DNA from: Bacteroidales bacterium
GTDB taxonomy: Bacteria; Bacteroidota; Bacteroidia; Bacteroidales; VadinHA17
NCBI GenBank assembly: GCA_049654745.1
Contig: JBASIK010000202.1
Location: forward strand, 9,111 to 73,110
Direction: 5' to 3'
Length of the DNA: 64,000 nucleotides
Of the stretch, positions 60,219-64,000 are shown in pieces. Each line of letters opens with the position of its first letter. Within the stretch, counting starts at the first letter, position 1. The position numbers were made by a program, and so were the translations under genes. The notes beneath the pieces were generated by a model. That model was not told where the DNA came from. It did not search any database and saw nothing but the letters and a program-made list of their open reading frames with translations.

Positions 60219-62504
60219 TCACTGCCAGTTTACCTTCACCTGCTTCAGATCAGCCGAGTTCGGACCGGCATAGATGATAAACTCTCCCGGTTCCCAGTTG
60301 TAACTGAGATCGGTATTGTAAAACTTCAGGTCTTCCGTTGTAACTGTAAATGAAACTTCTTTCTTCTCACCCGGTTGTAGCAACACCTTCTTAAAGCCTT
60401 TCAGTTCCTTAACCGGTCTTGATATGCTTGCTACCGGATCCTGAATATATAGTTGCACTGTCTCTTCGCCGGCATACTTACCTGTATTGGAAACAGATAT
60501 GATAACCGTTAATGTATCATCACCTTTTAGTTCTGTTTTGTCTGCAACCAGGTCACCGTATTCAAAGGTTGTGTAACTGAGTCCGAAGCCGAAGGGATAC
60601 AACGGTTCGTTAGGTATGTCGAGGTATTTTGATGTGAATTTGTTATTTGCATCAAACGGGCGGCCTGTGTTTTTATGGTTGTAATAGACGGGTATCTGTC
60701 CGGTGTTTCTTGGAAACGACATTGTGAGCCTGCCCGATGGGTTATAGTCTCCGAAAAGTACGTCAGCTATGGCATTGCCTGCTTCGGTACCCGGTGCCCA
60801 TGCTTCAACGACGGCAGGTACGTTCTCATCTTCCCATGCGAGTGTAAGGGGTCTGCCGTTAATCAGCACCAACACAATGGGTTTTCCCGTCTCAAGCAGT
60901 TTTTCAAGAAGCCTTTTCTGTGTGGCAGGAAGGCCGATATCCGAACGGCTGGCAGCTTCACCCGACCATCCTGCCGCTTCACCGAGAACAGCCACCACCA
61001 CATCTGATGCCCGTGCGGCCGATACAGCCTCACGAAGCAGTTTCTGTGCATTGGTCTCAACTTCCTCTCCCGGCAGGGACTGTACCGGTGACCCAAAGAA
61101 TGAGAGTGCAGCATTCAACCCCGGATCGTCCGACAGTTCCGAACCTTTAGCATAAACAACCTTCACACCCTCTCCCCCAACATTTTTTATTCCCTGAACA
61201 ACGGTAACAATCTTCGACCTGTCACCGAAAAAGGCCCACGTGCCCAGCATATCTTCCGGCCGGTCGGCAAGAGGACCAATCACCGCAACAGTTCCTGACT
61301 TCTTCAGAGGAAGAACATTGTTTGCGTTTTTAAGAAGTACTATTGAGCGTTTTGCCGCTTCACGTGCAAAGGCCAGGTTTTCAGGTTTTAAGATCTCCCG
61401 CTTTGCTCTCGCTTCATTGATATGCCTGTACGGGTCTTCAAAAAGGCCCATCTTGTATTTTGCTTCAAGAATTCTCCGGCATGCCTGATCAATTTCCGCC
61501 ATTGTGATTTTGCCCTCATCAAGTGATTTCTTCAGTGTGGTTAGGAATCCTTCTCCTACCATATCCATGTCGACACCTGCCTTCAGTGCCAGGGCTGAAA
61601 CGTGCTGAAGGTCTCCGAGACCATGGTTTGTAAGTTCATTTATTGCTGTATAATCTGTGACAACAAAACCTTTAAAGCCCCACTGATTTCTGAGTACCTC
61701 CGTAAGCAGCCATTTGTTTGCGGTTGCCGGTATGCCGTTGATGTCGTTGAAGGATGTCATAACGCTCCCCACGCCGGCTTCAACAGCTGCCTTATAAGGT
61801 CTCAGATAATCCTGATACATTCTTATCAGGCTCATATCCACAGTGTTGTAATCCCTTCCGCCCTCGGCTGCTCCATAGAGAGCATAGTGTTTAACACACG
61901 ACATAACTGCTGTGCTGTCTTTCAATCCCGGACCCTGATACCCCCGTACCATTGCTGCTGCGATAAGGGAGCCAAGGTAGAGATCTTCTCCTGCACCTTC
62001 GGCAACACGTCCCCAGCGAGGATCGCGTGCAAGGTCCACCATTGGTGAATAGACCCAGTTCAAACCGTCGGCGGCTGCCTCCGTAGCGGCAATCCTTGCC
62101 GATTTCTCAATCAGATCAATATCCCATGAGCACGACAGCCCCAGCGGTATGGGAAAAACTGTACGGTGACCATGAATGACATCCATACCGAAAAAGAGAG
62201 GTATTTTGAGCCTTGATTCGTTAACCGCGATATCCTGCAACTTTTTCAGCAACTCAACACCCGAGACACCCAGAAACGCTCCTACCTGCCCGTTACGTAT
62301 CTTCTCAGCCGACGCATCGTTAACAGTAGATCCGGTGACAACTCCTCCCGTATATGTTGCCAGATTCAATTGTCCGATTTTCTCCTCAACGGTCATTTTC
62401 TTTATAAGGTCGCCGACAAAGCGGTCCATTTCGCTTTCCCTGCTGCAATTCTGAAACAGCAACAGCACAGTAAGAAATAAAATCAATGAATTTAATCTTT
62501 TCAT
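60219..62504 (-). CDS. bglX: Periplasmic GH3 beta-glucosidase (BglX-like) lipoprotein
   Basis: 761 aa with a lipobox (LLFQNCS). EEKIGQLNL, SPMVDLARDPRWGR and GFVVTDY catalytic-region motifs, plus a C-terminal Fn3-like domain. Confidence 0.93.
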   Translation of the reverse strand: MKRLNSLILFLTVLLLFQNCSRESEMDRFVGDLIKKMTVEEKIGQLNLATYTGGVVTGSTVNDASAEKIRNGQVGAFLGVSGVELLKKLQDIAVNESRLKIPLFFGMDVIHGHRTVFPIPLGLSCSWDIDLIEKSARIAATEAAADGLNWVYSPMVDLARDPRWGRVAEGAGEDLYLGSLIAAAMVRGYQGPGLKDSTAVMSCVKHYALYGAAEGGRDYNTVDMSLIRMYQDYLRPYKAAVEAGVGSVMTSFNDINGIPATANKWLLTEVLRNQWGFKGFVVTDYTAINELTNHGLGDLQHVSALALKAGVDMDMVGEGFLTTLKKSLDEGKITMAEIDQACRRILEAKYKMGLFEDPYRHINEARAKREILKPENLAFAREAAKRSIVLLKNANNVLPLKKSGTVAVIGPLADRPEDMLGTWAFFGDRSKIVTVVQGIKNVGGEGVKVVYAKGSELSDDPGLNAALSFFGSPVQSLPGEEVETNAQKLLREAVSAARASDVVVAVLGEAAGWSGEAASRSDIGLPATQKRLLEKLLETGKPIVLVLINGRPLTLAWEDENVPAVVEAWAPGTEAGNAIADVLFGDYNPSGRLTMSFPRNTGQIPVYYNHKNTGRPFDANNKFTSKYLDIPNEPLYPFGFGLSYTTFEYGDLVADKTELKGDDTLTVIISVSNTGKYAGEETVQLYIQDPVASISRPVKELKGFKKVLLQPGEKKEVSFTVTTEDLKFYNTDLSYNWEPGEFIIYAGPNSADLKQVKVNWQ

Positions 62505-62542
62505 CGGATTTCAATATTTAATTATTTCTATCAGATTGTCTA

Positions 62543-63478
62543 TCAAAAACCTGAGTCTTTTAGCCAGTCGTAAAATCTTTCAATCCAGGTATCGGTTGCC
62601 ATTCCCCGCTTCTGCATCCCGAAGCCATGTCCTCCTTTTGAATATATGTGAATTTCGGCAGGCTTACCGGCCGTTCTCCATGCTTTGTACAGTTCAACAC
62701 ATGCCGATGATATCTGGTCATCAGCGGCTGCAAGGGTAAAGAGGGGTGGTGCAGCATCAGGCACTTTTGATTCGCCTAACCAGCCGCCATAGATGGGAGC
62801 AACAAATGCCGGCATTTTTCCCGGTATACTGTTAACGACCGAATAGACAGCCACGGCAGCACCTGCAGAAAATCCCATTATCCCTACTTTACCGGGGTCG
62901 ATACCAAAGTCTCCTGCATGGTCAATAACATATCTGACAGCCTTAACTCCGTCTTCCCCTCCGGGATATTTCTCGGCCGGTGTGGGAAGCGGTGAAGACG
63001 AACCTCCGGCTTTTAAAGATTCGGATATTTTTGTTAAATATTTAACAGAAAATTCCTGAAACTCTTTCGGGTCTTCCGGTGTCCTCACAAGCCTGTATTT
63101 CAAAACGAAAGCTGTTACACCCTTACCGGCAAGCCATTCAGCCACATCGGTTCCCTCGCTGGAGTATGAAAGCCAGATATTGCCTCCTCCGGGGCAGATT
63201 ATCACAGCCGTTCCTGTTGGCTTTTCAGGAAGGAAGACCTCCAGTGAAGGATCAACAACATTCCTGATCATCCTCCCCGGCATCATCGGGGATGTCCATT
63301 CTATCTCCCTGTAATTCCAATCTTCAGAACCGGGCGCTCTGCCTTCGTAAAGGCGAATCACCCTGCTCTTTTGCCCGGCAACTTTCTCCTGTTCCTGGGA
63401 ATATATTCCCAATGCGGGAATTAACAATAAGAACAAAAAACAGATTGTCCTTGACATTCCGGTCTTTCTACCAGTCAT
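62543..63478 (-). CDS. Exported alpha/beta-hydrolase (Abhydrolase_3 / acetyl-esterase-like)
   Basis: Signal peptide, IICPGGGN oxyanion region, the nucleophile GFSAGA and a C-terminal GGHGFG. Confidence 0.85.
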   Translation of the reverse strand: MTGRKTGMSRTICFLFLLLIPALGIYSQEQEKVAGQKSRVIRLYEGRAPGSEDWNYREIEWTSPMMPGRMIRNVVDPSLEVFLPEKPTGTAVIICPGGGNIWLSYSSEGTDVAEWLAGKGVTAFVLKYRLVRTPEDPKEFQEFSVKYLTKISESLKAGGSSSPLPTPAEKYPGGEDGVKAVRYVIDHAGDFGIDPGKVGIMGFSAGAAVAVYSVVNSIPGKMPAFVAPIYGGWLGESKVPDAAPPLFTLAAADDQISSACVELYKAWRTAGKPAEIHIYSKGGHGFGMQKRGMATDTWIERFYDWLKDSGF

Positions 63479-63509
63479 TTATTCTGAACCTCTCAATTAT
63501 TAATTCAGC

Positions 63510-64000
63510 TCATGGTTTAATAAAAACAGATGGGTCAACAGGTTTATTCAGTTCAACCTTTGATACGGTACTGTTTATCTCCATCATATATCCGATGCTT
63601 GTATAAACCTTGTAGGGAACCTTATATCCCCCGTTATCCCTGTAGTCATCGTACAGGACGGTTACCTCCACTGGCTGGCCTTCCATCTGACTCTGTTGCA
63701 TTGATTTGACAAGATAGCCGGTTTGGGGATCAAACCAGTGGTAGAGGATTATACTGTCCGGGCTGGTCATCTTGATTTTAGCAGCATTTATACCTCTAAC
63801 ATCCTCATTGCCAACATATTCTGCTTTATATCCTTTTTCTTTGTAAACAGAAAAAGGTGCACCGATATAAATCTGGTCTTTACCTTCCTTGAACTGGTTT
63901 TCAGGCATATCTTCAGCTGTTGAAACGCCTGCAAACGGATTGATAGTCCAGCCACCCTTTTCTGTAAAACAGTTTACAAGAAGCGAACCCATTACATCAA
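63510..64000 (-). CDS. LolA-like / outer-membrane lipoprotein-sorting-like beta-sandwich protein, 3' part (gene continues past the right edge)
   Basis: The frame stays open to the window edge (..DVMGSLLVNCF..). Composition and the C-terminal ...VELNKPVDPSVFIKP resemble the LolA-fold family. This is a weak, recognition-level call. Confidence 0.45.
   Translation of the reverse strand, partial: DVMGSLLVNCFTEKGGWTINPFAGVSTAEDMPENQFKEGKDQIYIGAPFSVYKEKGYKAEYVGNEDVRGINAAKIKMTSPDSIILYHWFDPQTGYLVKSMQQSQMEGQPVEVTVLYDDYRDNGGYKVPYKVYTSIGYMMEINSTVSKVELNKPVDPSVFIKP

Overview
This 64 kb window is from a Bacteroidota chromosome. I infer that from a SusC/SusD pair, a 287-aa primary sigma factor, TAnnTTTG -7 boxes, a Rho with a long N-terminal insertion, a tmRNA tag GEYNYALAA and many lipoprotein signal peptides. 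Positions 1-29.4 kb are mostly housekeeping: ubiE (partial), an SDR, a nitroreductase, an exported MsrB-MsrA fusion, gap, a MacB-type permease, an orphan BlaI-type repressor, a LuxC-like reductase, miaA, rpe, rpoD, rho, PFOR (nifJ), ruvX, def, comEC, trkA/trkH, tsaC, SRP RNA, and a small glycan cluster (GT2, sugar-1-P nucleotidyltransferase, GHMP kinase, GT4). From 29.6 kb to the right edge there is an almost continuous minus-strand block of exported hydrolases. It holds two translationally coupled amidohydrolases, a YdiJ-like FAD/Fe-S dehydrogenase, an MBL-fold protein, and an esterase-dominated SusC/SusD locus with a secreted amidohydrolase_2 and GH3 enzymes; the block carries seven alpha/beta-hydrolases and three GH3 genes in all, one of each to the right of the tmRNA segment. 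That locus shows decay: susC has lost its 5' part and carries a frameshift, and one GH3 has a single in-frame TGA. The block is interrupted by a plus-strand tmRNA gene. Three nt after it starts a tandem array of 46-bp GNRA-hairpin repeats, itself interrupted by a minimal GIY-YIG nuclease ORF. Next come a decayed type I restriction subunit, a methylase C-terminal remnant and a frameshifted Y1 (RAYT/IS200-like) transposase with REP-like hairpins. A second small repeat family (16-bp inverted repeats around about 100-130 bp) occurs twice, each time 63-69 bp upstream of a minus-strand operon start. I saw no CRISPR array, no rRNA or tRNA, and no intact mobile element or defence system. All family assignments come from my own reading of motifs in the translations. 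No searches or folding programs were run, so they are recognition-level calls.
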